The position numbers were made by a program, and so were the translations under genes. The notes beneath the pieces were generated by a model, which was given only the letters and a program-made list of their open reading frames with translations, was not told where the DNA came from and did no database searches. A stretch of DNA of 64,000 bases from an uncultured Alphaproteobacteria bacterium (GTDB lineage: Bacteria > Pseudomonadota > Alphaproteobacteria > HIMB59 > GCA-002718135), in assembly GCA_902588745.1 (NCBI GenBank), contig CACIQI010000005.1, forward strand, positions 14,070 through 78,069, read 5' to 3'. Every line of letters starts with the position of its first letter. Position 1 is the first letter of the stretch. Below, piece after piece: positions 55,982 through 63,695 of this stretch.

Positions 55982-56953
55982 TTAATTAGTTTGTCGTATT
56001 ATAAATAAATTACCATCATGATTACTTATCTGTCTTATTGAACGAAGTGAATTTTTTGGAACAGAAAAAGTATCTTTTTCTTTAATTACAACTTTGTCTC
56101 CATCACAATCTATTTCCCATTCACCAGATAAACAATGATACACTTCTGATTTCTCCAGTTTGTATTCATGTATATGAGCACTCTTGCCGTTGAGAAGTGA
56201 AAGGCTAAAACCTGTTTCATGCGGTATATTTGGAGTAAAAGATTTATCATGAATTTGAAACTGATCAATGTAGTTGATAATTTTATTAGATTGATAGTGA
56301 TCATCATCGACAAAATATTTATCTTTATCATTAAATCGAATAACAAACTTTTCTATGTCTTCTGAAGAGTAATGATCGAAACTCTCTAATTCATTATCTT
56401 CTAATGGCTGAATAATTTTAGTTTCATCTGTTACTTTCTGTTTCTCTGTGTCTATTAAAGAATTATCATTCATTAATACCATGCCAGATTCTTTTGCATC
56501 TTTTAAAAGTTTAGGTGTCCAAGTAATAACACCTGGATCATTTTCACCTAACACAACAAACATTAAAGCTTCTTCATCACTTACATTTTGAAAACCTCTG
56601 AACATGTTTGTGGGAAAAGAAGCGATATCACCTTTTTTTAGTATTACTTCTCCTTCTGTGCCATCAACACCCCAATAAAAACGCCAGGCACCTGAGTGAA
56701 TTATAAAAACTTCTGCTGTTGTGTGACTATGTAATCCAGAGCCATTCATCGGCGCAGCACTGACAGCACCAATATTAAAGCCATGTTCTTCAGCTATTTT
56801 AACATTTTGTTTAGCATCTTCACTTACACCAGGTCCTATAACTGAATAATTTTTCCTATCTTGATGACCTTTTAGTTTTCCCTCAACAAAAGGTATATTA
56901 CTAGGAATAAGTTCATCGAATTTAGCTAATCTAGATGTAATATTAATTGACAT
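55982..56953 (-). CDS. bicupin protein (two cupin domains, both with HxH...E metal-ligand pattern)
   Basis: 323 aa. Cupin 1 is GSGLHSHTTAEVFIIHSG and cupin 2 is GKSAHIHEYKLEKSEVYHCLSG. Confidence 0.7.
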   Translation of the reverse strand: MSINITSRLAKFDELIPSNIPFVEGKLKGHQDRKNYSVIGPGVSEDAKQNVKIAEEHGFNIGAVSAAPMNGSGLHSHTTAEVFIIHSGAWRFYWGVDGTEGEVILKKGDIASFPTNMFRGFQNVSDEEALMFVVLGENDPGVITWTPKLLKDAKESGMVLMNDNSLIDTEKQKVTDETKIIQPLEDNELESFDHYSSEDIEKFVIRFNDKDKYFVDDDHYQSNKIINYIDQFQIHDKSFTPNIPHETGFSLSLLNGKSAHIHEYKLEKSEVYHCLSGEWEIDCDGDKVVIKEKDTFSVPKNSLRSIRQISNHDGNLFIIRQTN

Positions 56954-56968
56954 ATTTTAATGATCTTT

Positions 56969-57006
56969 TATTCATTTTTTTTGAATATTATTCAAAATAA
57001 TGAATA
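56969..57006. promoter_or_regulatory. tandem inverted repeats TATTCA-N7-TGAATA and TATTCA-N6-TGAATA, starts 20 bp apart
   Basis: Read directly: 56969-56987 and 56989-57006, in the 91-bp divergent spacer between the bicupin gene and the type II SnoaL-like gene. Confidence 0.5.
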
Positions 57007-57044
57007 AATCAATTATTATTTAACAATAGTGTTATTAAATTATT

Positions 57045-58142
57045 ATGGCAAATAAAATACAAAACTTTGATACAGGTGAGAAAGATAACTCAAACATAAT
57101 TCATTTAGATCTTGATCCAAAGATAAATATTGAAAACAAAATATATTTTAAAAATTTATTAAAAAAAATTGTCGAGTGCTCTTTAGATAATTTAGAAGAA
57201 AATCTTGAAAATTTATATCACGTAGATGCTGAGTTTAATGGATTTCATCCAATTAATGAAATTAAAGGAATTGAAGAAATAAAAAATAAATTTTTAATAC
57301 CTCTAAAGAAGGCATTCCCCGATCTCGAAAGAAGAAATAATCTAGTTATTGGAGGAGCATTTAGAGATAAAGTTTTTGTTTCATTTATTAGTCATTTAAC
57401 TGGAACTTTTAAAAATGAGTGGTTAGGCGTAAAGCCGACTAACAAAACAATTTATCTTAGAACATGTGAAGCACATCAGATTACAAATAATAAAATAATA
57501 AAATCCTATACATTAATTGATACTGTAGATTTTATCCGTCAGGCTGGATATTGGCCTATAAATAAATCTCTTGGGGTAGAAGGGATGTGGCCTAGTCCAA
57601 TCACAGGTGATGGAGAAAATAATCAAAATTTAGATAAGGAACTGTCTCTTCAATCTTTGAATCAAGATTTAACCATGCAAAGAAGTTTAAATATTAAACC
57701 TGAGACTGAGCCAGGTCTATCAAAAGATCAAATAAGGGAGAAATTAATTAATCATCCTCAACAAGATTATTGGCACCCAAAAATGATGTGGTATGGGCCA
57801 AGTGGTATAGGTACAGCTAGAGGTTTAGATGGTTTTGTTGATCATCATCAGCTCCCATTTAGACTTACATTCAAGGAAAGAGATTATTGGAAAATCGGTC
57901 ATTATATTGAAATTGGAGATGGAAATTATTCTATGACTGGTGGTTGGCATAGTATTCAGTGTGTTCATGGATCAAGTGATTGGTTAGGATATGAACCTAC
58001 TCAAAAAAAAATAACAATGAGAGTTATGGATTTTTATTTACATCATGAAGGGTTAATTAGAGAAAATTGGGTACCGATCGATATAGCACACATATTAGAT
58101 CAAATAGGCATTGATATCTTTAAATTAATTCATAAAAAATAA
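57045..58142 (+). CDS. two-domain NTF2/SnoaL-like protein, type II (paralog of 52841-53845)
   Basis: 365 aa. WHPKMMWYGPSGIGTARGLDGF and the C-terminal ...ENWVPIDIAHILDQIGIDI parallel the paralog (...ENWIFIDHLHFLKKLGVDL). Confidence 0.6.
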   Translation: MANKIQNFDTGEKDNSNIIHLDLDPKINIENKIYFKNLLKKIVECSLDNLEENLENLYHVDAEFNGFHPINEIKGIEEIKNKFLIPLKKAFPDLERRNNLVIGGAFRDKVFVSFISHLTGTFKNEWLGVKPTNKTIYLRTCEAHQITNNKIIKSYTLIDTVDFIRQAGYWPINKSLGVEGMWPSPITGDGENNQNLDKELSLQSLNQDLTMQRSLNIKPETEPGLSKDQIREKLINHPQQDYWHPKMMWYGPSGIGTARGLDGFVDHHQLPFRLTFKERDYWKIGHYIEIGDGNYSMTGGWHSIQCVHGSSDWLGYEPTQKKITMRVMDFYLHHEGLIRENWVPIDIAHILDQIGIDIFKLIHKK

Positions 58143-58144
58143 TT

Positions 58145-59464
58145 ATGGCAATAGAATATTTAAAAAAAGGTTTAGACGAAAAACAAAGAATTGAAGATAA
58201 TGATAAAGTAAAAAAAATTGTTGAGGAAACGTTAAGTAAAATTGAATCAGAAGGCGATAAACATATTAGAGAGTTATCTCAAAAATTTGATAACTATTCT
58301 CCAGATAGTTTTAGATTAAGTGAAGATCAAATTAATCAATTAATGAGTGAAGTCTCTGATGATGACAAAGAAGATATTAAATTTGCTCAAAAACAAGTGC
58401 GATCATTCGCGGAAGCACAACTTAAAACTTTAAGTGAATTAGAAGTAGAAACGCATCCAGGTGTGATTCTTGGTCATAAAAATATACCAGTACAAGCAGT
58501 AGGATGTTATGTACCTGCCGGAAAATTCCCAATGGTAGCTTCTGCTCATATGTCAGTTGTTACTGCCTCTGTTGCTGGGGTTCCAAGAATTGTTGCTACC
58601 ACCCCACCATTTAAAGGTAAGCCAAATCCAGCTGTCGTTACAGCAATGAAAATGGGTGGTGCTCACGAAATTTATGTTTTGGGAGGAATGCAAGGAGTTG
58701 GTGCTATGGCTATTGGTACAGAAACTATTAAACCTGTAGATATGCTTGTTGGACCTGGCAATGCATTTGTTGCTGAAGCGAAAAGACAATTGTATGGCAA
58801 AGTTGGTATCGATTTATTTGCTGGTCCAACTGAAACAATGGTAATTGCAGATGAAACTGTTGATGGTGAAATATGTGCAACAGACTTATTAGGACAAGCT
58901 GAACATGGATATAATTCTCCTGCTGTGATGATAACAAACTCAAGAAAACTTGCAGAAGAAACATTTAAAGAAATTGATAGAATTTTAGAAATTTTACCCA
59001 CTAAAGAAACAGCAAGTACAAGCTGGAGAGATTATGGAGAAATAATTTTATGTGATACTTATGAGGAGATGTTATCTAAAGCAAATGAAATAGCTTCAGA
59101 GCACGTTCAAGTTATGACAAAAAAAGATGATTGGTTTTTAGAAAATATGACATCTTATGGAGCTCTATTTTTGGGCGCTAGAACTAATGTTGCTAATGGT
59201 GATAAAGTCATAGGCACTAACCATACTCTTCCTACTAAAAAAGCTGGAAGATATACTGGTGGTTTGTGGGTTGGTAAGTTCATTAAAACCCATACTTATC
59301 AAAAGATTATGACAGATGAAGCTGCAACTCTCATCGGAGAATATGGATCTAGACTTTCACATTTAGAAGGTTTTATAGGTCATGCAGAACAATGTAATGT
59401 GAGAGTAAGACGATATGGGAAAAAAAATGTTGGATATGGAAAACCAGCAGGAGAAAAAATTTAG
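58145..59464 (+). CDS. histidinol dehydrogenase family NAD-dependent 4-electron alcohol dehydrogenase (HisD paralog; sulfopropanediol 3-dehydrogenase HpsN-like candidate)
   Basis: 439 aa with a LLGQAEHG block, a GPGNAFV block and a C-terminal H..E region of the HisD family. No other his genes are adjacent. Confidence 0.85.
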   Translation: MAIEYLKKGLDEKQRIEDNDKVKKIVEETLSKIESEGDKHIRELSQKFDNYSPDSFRLSEDQINQLMSEVSDDDKEDIKFAQKQVRSFAEAQLKTLSELEVETHPGVILGHKNIPVQAVGCYVPAGKFPMVASAHMSVVTASVAGVPRIVATTPPFKGKPNPAVVTAMKMGGAHEIYVLGGMQGVGAMAIGTETIKPVDMLVGPGNAFVAEAKRQLYGKVGIDLFAGPTETMVIADETVDGEICATDLLGQAEHGYNSPAVMITNSRKLAEETFKEIDRILEILPTKETASTSWRDYGEIILCDTYEEMLSKANEIASEHVQVMTKKDDWFLENMTSYGALFLGARTNVANGDKVIGTNHTLPTKKAGRYTGGLWVGKFIKTHTYQKIMTDEAATLIGEYGSRLSHLEGFIGHAEQCNVRVRRYGKKNVGYGKPAGEKI

Positions 59465-59465
59465 C

Positions 59466-59861
59466 TTATTTTAATTCCCCTTTAACTCTCATTTCATTTC
59501 TAATTTTTGTTGCCGAGATATCATGTATTTCTTTTCCTAAATCATGTTCTGTAAATGAATAACCAACTCCTCTTCCATAAGAAATATCTATAATGTTTGG
59601 AACCTTAACAACTACATATTCTTTGCCATCAGTAAAACCATGTTGAGCTAAACCTTCATTGATTTTTGCTTTTACTTCTTCAAATTGAAATGGATTGTCA
59701 GCTTGACCTTCTACACCTGCATCTACACCTCCCACATCACGATACATTATACATACCTGACCTGTTTTCTGAAGTGACCTTTTAAATAATTCTGTATGTC
59801 CATCATGCCATGGTTGCCATCTACCTAACATTTGTACTGTTGGTTTTTTCCAATCAAACAT
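59466..59861 (-). CDS. minimal cytidylyltransferase-fold nucleotidyltransferase (HxGH ... ISxTxxR)
   Basis: 131 aa. GRWQPWHDGH resembles the GRFQPFHxGH of NadM/NadR-type adenylyltransferases. The C-terminus carries ISATKIRNE. 8-nt overlap with the upstream kinase-like gene. Confidence 0.65.
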   Translation of the reverse strand: MFDWKKPTVQMLGRWQPWHDGHTELFKRSLQKTGQVCIMYRDVGGVDAGVEGQADNPFQFEEVKAKINEGLAQHGFTDGKEYVVVKVPNIIDISYGRGVGYSFTEHDLGKEIHDISATKIRNEMRVKGELK

Positions 59862-60267
59862 TTTTAATCTCCTTTGCTAGATTTTCTATTTCTTCATCTG
59901 ATAAAAATTTGGTTATTTTAATGTCAGTTTTATTTGGTTGTTCAAACATTTTATTTGTATCTTCAAACCTACCTTCTTTAATAGTATCCAGCCAGATAAC
60001 AAAATCAGGCTCAAAAGCTTCTCTTGCTTTTTCAGTTGGTGCTACAAAGTCACAAATTACCCATCTTCCATTTTGTTTTTCGAAATCAGCAAATGTTTTC
60101 ATTCTATTGGCTTGTCGTATTCTACCATCCATTGTAAAATCCCAATCATTTGCTGACTTCCTGACTACATCTGCGTTATACCAAGCACAATTATCAATTA
60201 CTTTGATAAGCCTTTCAGCTAACCAAGTTTTACCAGCACCAGGAAGACCACAAATAAGTATTTTCAT
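59854..60267 (-). CDS. small P-loop kinase, adenylylsulfate (APS) kinase-like
   Basis: 137 aa. GLPGAGKTWLAERL, then YNADVVRKSANDWDFTMDGRIRQANRMKTFADFEKQNGRWVICDFVAPTEKAR, which is collinear with the CysC pattern LDGDNVR..DLGFS..DR.ENIRR..EVA......G......ISP....R. Confidence 0.6.
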   Translation of the reverse strand: MKILICGLPGAGKTWLAERLIKVIDNCAWYNADVVRKSANDWDFTMDGRIRQANRMKTFADFEKQNGRWVICDFVAPTEKAREAFEPDFVIWLDTIKEGRFEDTNKMFEQPNKTDIKITKFLSDEEIENLAKEIKNV

Positions 60268-60278
60268 ATTTTTATAAT

Positions 60279-61070
60279 TTAAATTTTAGCGATAAAATTA
60301 GGGTTAATAACACTTTCTTTCGTGTTGTATAGTAATATATTTTCATTAAAATCTTTAATTGATCCTCCTGCCTCTTCAAGAATAATATGTCCGGCAGCAA
60401 TATCCCATTCTGAAGTTGGACCTAGTCTTGGATAGATATTTGCCTTACTTTCAGCTAAGTAACAAAATTTAAGTGAACTACCAATTTGGATTAATTCAAA
60501 ATTATTACAATTATCATTTATCCAATTATCAAAATCTTTATTAGAATGTGATCGACTACCAATAACCTTTGTTAAATTACTTTTGTCTTTTACTGAATTT
60601 ATTTTTATAAAATCTTTAGTTGATTCAATATTTGACTCTGTAATTAATTTATATGCTCCATTGTTTTTTAAAGCATAATAAAGCAAGGACTTAGCAGGCG
60701 CATATATAATACCAAATATTGGTGAGTTATTTTTTATTAATGCAATATTAACAGTAAATTCTCCATTTTTTTTAATAAATTCTTTAGTTCCATCTAATGG
60801 ATCTATTAACCAATATGAATTCCAAGTTTTTCTTTCTCTCCATTCTATTAGACTTTCTTCGCTTAATATAGGAACATTTGGGCTAAAAGATTTTAATCTA
60901 TTTAAAATTAAATTATTTGATTTTATATCAGCTTCCGTAATAGGTGAATTATCATCTTTTATTTCTATATTATAAGATTTTTTATATACTTTTTGAATTG
61001 CTTTGCCTGCATCTATGGCAGTATTTAATATTTTTAATAAATTTTTTGATTTATGTAATTCTAAGTTCAT
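60279..61070 (-). CDS. cysQ: 3'(2'),5'-bisphosphate nucleotidase (inositol monophosphatase family)
   Basis: 263 aa with WLIDPLDGTKEF and SEWDIAAGHIILEEAGG blocks. Confidence 0.8.
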   Translation of the reverse strand: MNLELHKSKNLLKILNTAIDAGKAIQKVYKKSYNIEIKDDNSPITEADIKSNNLILNRLKSFSPNVPILSEESLIEWRERKTWNSYWLIDPLDGTKEFIKKNGEFTVNIALIKNNSPIFGIIYAPAKSLLYYALKNNGAYKLITESNIESTKDFIKINSVKDKSNLTKVIGSRSHSNKDFDNWINDNCNNFELIQIGSSLKFCYLAESKANIYPRLGPTSEWDIAAGHIILEEAGGSIKDFNENILLYNTKESVINPNFIAKI

Positions 61071-61104
61071 GATTCTTTAAATAGAATTTTTCTATTAATT
61101 AAAG

Positions 61105-62016
61105 TTATATGTAAATGAAATACATATATCCAAAATACAAAGTCAATCCCATAATTCCATAAATACGTCCAATTTTTTTCGCAAATATCATGAACAGTAG
61201 AATTAGTACTGTAATTGACAGCATAAAGTATAAATCTTGATTTGCTAACACTGCAGGAACTTTAAAATTACCAAAAAATGAACTAATGCCTAGAACACCT
61301 AATACATTATAAATATTGGAACCCAGAATATTTCCTAGAGCAAAATCAATCTTTTTTCTAAATGCAGAAACAATACCAACTGCAAGTTCTGGAAGAGAAG
61401 TTCCAAAAGCTACTAATGATAATCCAATTACTGAAGCCGGAACATTATACGTCCTTGCAATACTAATTGCAGAGTCAACAAGTAAATCTGCACCAAATAC
61501 CAAACACGATATACCTATTATAATTAATATTAATGAGATTGTTATTGAATAATCGTTTTTATCTATTTCTAAATTTTCAATTTCTCCTTTTTTTATTTGA
61601 ATATACATTAGATAAATTAATGATGTAGTTGCAACTAACCCAAAAATAAAATTAAAATAAAAAAAAGTCATAATAATTAATACAATTCCTAAAATAATAT
61701 TTATCCAAGCTTGGTTAATCTGATTTTTATTTATATTGATAATTGGAAAAATTAATGTTGTAGTGGCCATTACAAGTATCAAGTTTGCAATATTACTTCC
61801 AACTACAGCACCTAAAGCAAGATCCGAAAAATCATTAAGAACTGCATTAATACTGCTTGCCAATTCAGGTAATGATGTTCCCCCGGCTACAATTACAACA
61901 CCAATTGCAAACAATGAGATATTAATTTTTCTTCCAAAACTAACTGAACCTCTTATAATTATTTCAGCACCTAAAACTAGTAACCCTAATCCAATAATCG
62001 AAAATAATATATTCAT
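61105..62016 (-). CDS. Ca2+/cation antiporter (CaCA, YrbG-like Na+/Ca2+ exchanger family)
   Basis: 303 aa with two alpha-repeats, GGTSLPELASS and FGTSLPELAVG. Confidence 0.85.
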   Translation of the reverse strand: MNILFSIIGLGLLVLGAEIIIRGSVSFGRKINISLFAIGVVIVAGGTSLPELASSINAVLNDFSDLALGAVVGSNIANLILVMATTTLIFPIININKNQINQAWINIILGIVLIIMTFFYFNFIFGLVATTSLIYLMYIQIKKGEIENLEIDKNDYSITISLILIIIGISCLVFGADLLVDSAISIARTYNVPASVIGLSLVAFGTSLPELAVGIVSAFRKKIDFALGNILGSNIYNVLGVLGISSFFGNFKVPAVLANQDLYFMLSITVLILLFMIFAKKIGRIYGIMGLTLYFGYMYFIYI

Positions 62017-62090
62017 TGAAAATTTTTAATTATTTAAGTTAGTTATATGTTTAAATTAAATAGTATATAATAAATAAATTTTTCTAAATT

Positions 62091-63695
62091 ATGAACGAAA
62101 GTTTTGACTATATTATTATTGGCGCTGGTACAGCAGGTTGTATATTAGCAAATAGACTTTCAGAGAATGAAAATATCAAAGTACTTTTGATTGAAGCTGG
62201 AGGCAAAGATACTAATCCTTGGATACATATTCCTGGGGGTTATTTTAAAACTATGCATAATTCTAAAACTGATTGGTGTTTTACAACCGAAGAAGAGGAA
62301 TTTTGCAACAATAGAAAAATGCTTATCCCAAGAGGAAAGACCTTAGGTGGTAGTTCATCAATTAATGGTATGCTTTATATAAGAGGTCATGCGAATGATT
62401 ATAATTATTGGAGACAACTAGGTAATATTGGATGGTCTTGGGAAGATGTTTTACCATATTTTAAAAAATCAGAAGATTACAGGATCTCCAAAAGTGACTT
62501 TCATGGAAATGGTGGGCCAATCAAAGTTGAAAAAATTAGATCAAAATTTAAATTGTTAGATTTATTTTTGGAAGCTTCTCAAGAGTTTGGCTATAAAAAA
62601 AATAATGACTTCAATGATGGTGATAACGAAGGAATGGGTTATTTCCCTATGACAATTGATAAAGGATATAGATGTAGTGCTTCAGTTGCCTTCTTAAATC
62701 CTATCAAAAATAGAAAAAATTTAAAAATTATAACTGAGGCACATGTTAAAAATTTAACCTTTGAAAATTTAAAAGTAAAAAATGTAAATTTATGGAAAAA
62801 CAATGAAGAATTTTCATATTCTGTAAATAAAGAAGTTTTATTGTCTGCTGGAACAATTGGATCTCCTCACATATTACAAGCTTCGGGTATTGGTCCAGGT
62901 AAACTGTTAAATAAAAATAATATTAGTATTGTAAAAGAAATTAATGGTGTTGGAAAAAATTTAACTGATCATTTGATGTTAAGACCAGTTTACAAAATTA
63001 AAAACTTAGAAACATTAAATGACATATATCATAGTTTTACAAAAAAATTTTTAACGGGTTTAAATTATTTAATTTATAAAAAAGGACCCTTAACAGTTGG
63101 GGCAAGTTACTTGTGTGGGTTTATTAAAAGTGATTCGTATTTAGAAAACCCCAATCTACAATTTCATATCTCACCAGCTAGTACTGATTTATTAGGAAAA
63201 GTAGGACTGCATAAATTTCCAGCATTCACTCCTACAATAACAAATATTCGTCCGACAAGTAGGGGTTCAATAGAAATTAAATCTTCAGATACAAGAATTT
63301 ATCCTCGAATAAAAATGAACTACTTATCTACTGAAGAAGATAGAGAAATTGCAGGAAAATCAATAAAAATTGTACGAAAAATAGTTTTAGAATCAAAAGC
63401 ATATAAAAATTATGAACCAGAAGAATATAGACCTGGAATAAAATATAAAGATAATGAATCTCTAGCAAAAGAAGCTGGTAAATTTGCAAACACTATTTTT
63501 CATCCAGTGAGTACATGTAAAATGGGTAATGATGAAAACTCAGTTGTAAGTGATAATCTTAAAGTAAAAGGAATAAATAACTTAAGAGTTGTTGATGCAT
63601 CTGTGATGCCAACTATTACATCAGGTAATACGAATGCCCCTACTATGATGATTGCTGAAAAAGCATCAGACTTAATTATTAATGATCAGAAATAA
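62091..63695 (+). CDS. GMC family FAD oxidoreductase (choline/alcohol dehydrogenase-like)
   Basis: 534 aa with DYIIIGAGTAGC, GGSSSINGM, HPVSTCKMG and the C-terminus NTNAPTMMIAEKA. Confidence 0.88.
   Translation: MNESFDYIIIGAGTAGCILANRLSENENIKVLLIEAGGKDTNPWIHIPGGYFKTMHNSKTDWCFTTEEEEFCNNRKMLIPRGKTLGGSSSINGMLYIRGHANDYNYWRQLGNIGWSWEDVLPYFKKSEDYRISKSDFHGNGGPIKVEKIRSKFKLLDLFLEASQEFGYKKNNDFNDGDNEGMGYFPMTIDKGYRCSASVAFLNPIKNRKNLKIITEAHVKNLTFENLKVKNVNLWKNNEEFSYSVNKEVLLSAGTIGSPHILQASGIGPGKLLNKNNISIVKEINGVGKNLTDHLMLRPVYKIKNLETLNDIYHSFTKKFLTGLNYLIYKKGPLTVGASYLCGFIKSDSYLENPNLQFHISPASTDLLGKVGLHKFPAFTPTITNIRPTSRGSIEIKSSDTRIYPRIKMNYLSTEEDREIAGKSIKIVRKIVLESKAYKNYEPEEYRPGIKYKDNESLAKEAGKFANTIFHPVSTCKMGNDENSVVSDNLKVKGINNLRVVDASVMPTITSGNTNAPTMMIAEKASDLIINDQK

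Noticed and set aside
55982-56953. The bicupin as a DMSP lyase (cupin-fold DddK/DddQ/DddW/DddL type).
   Set aside because: Only the generic cupin HxH...E pattern is present. The spacing and the Tyr of the DMSP-lyase motif, as I remember it, are not matched in either cupin domain, and the protein is a 323-aa bicupin rather than a small monocupin. There is no support beyond the fold.
58145-59464. Calling this gene plain hisD (histidine biosynthesis).
   Set aside because: No hisG, hisC, hisB or other his genes are adjacent, and it is co-directional and nearly contiguous with a SnoaL-like catabolic-looking cluster. I kept the call at family level because the sequence alone cannot exclude authentic HisD.
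86-62029. About 40 short ORFs (60-155 aa) in the supplied track lie antisense to, or nested in, larger genes. Examples are 86-310, 334-516, 2967-3328, 6728-7069, 11382-11643, 13960-14217, 15908-16180, 22102-22497 (131 aa), 42627-42951, 50111-50389, 58553-59001, 59810-60277 (155 aa) and 61736-62029.
   Set aside because: Each is fully overlapped by a longer ORF with clear family motifs on the other strand or in another frame. Their translations are low-complexity or hydrophobic nonsense with no recognisable motifs. Such open antisense frames are expected in AT-rich DNA with biased codon usage.
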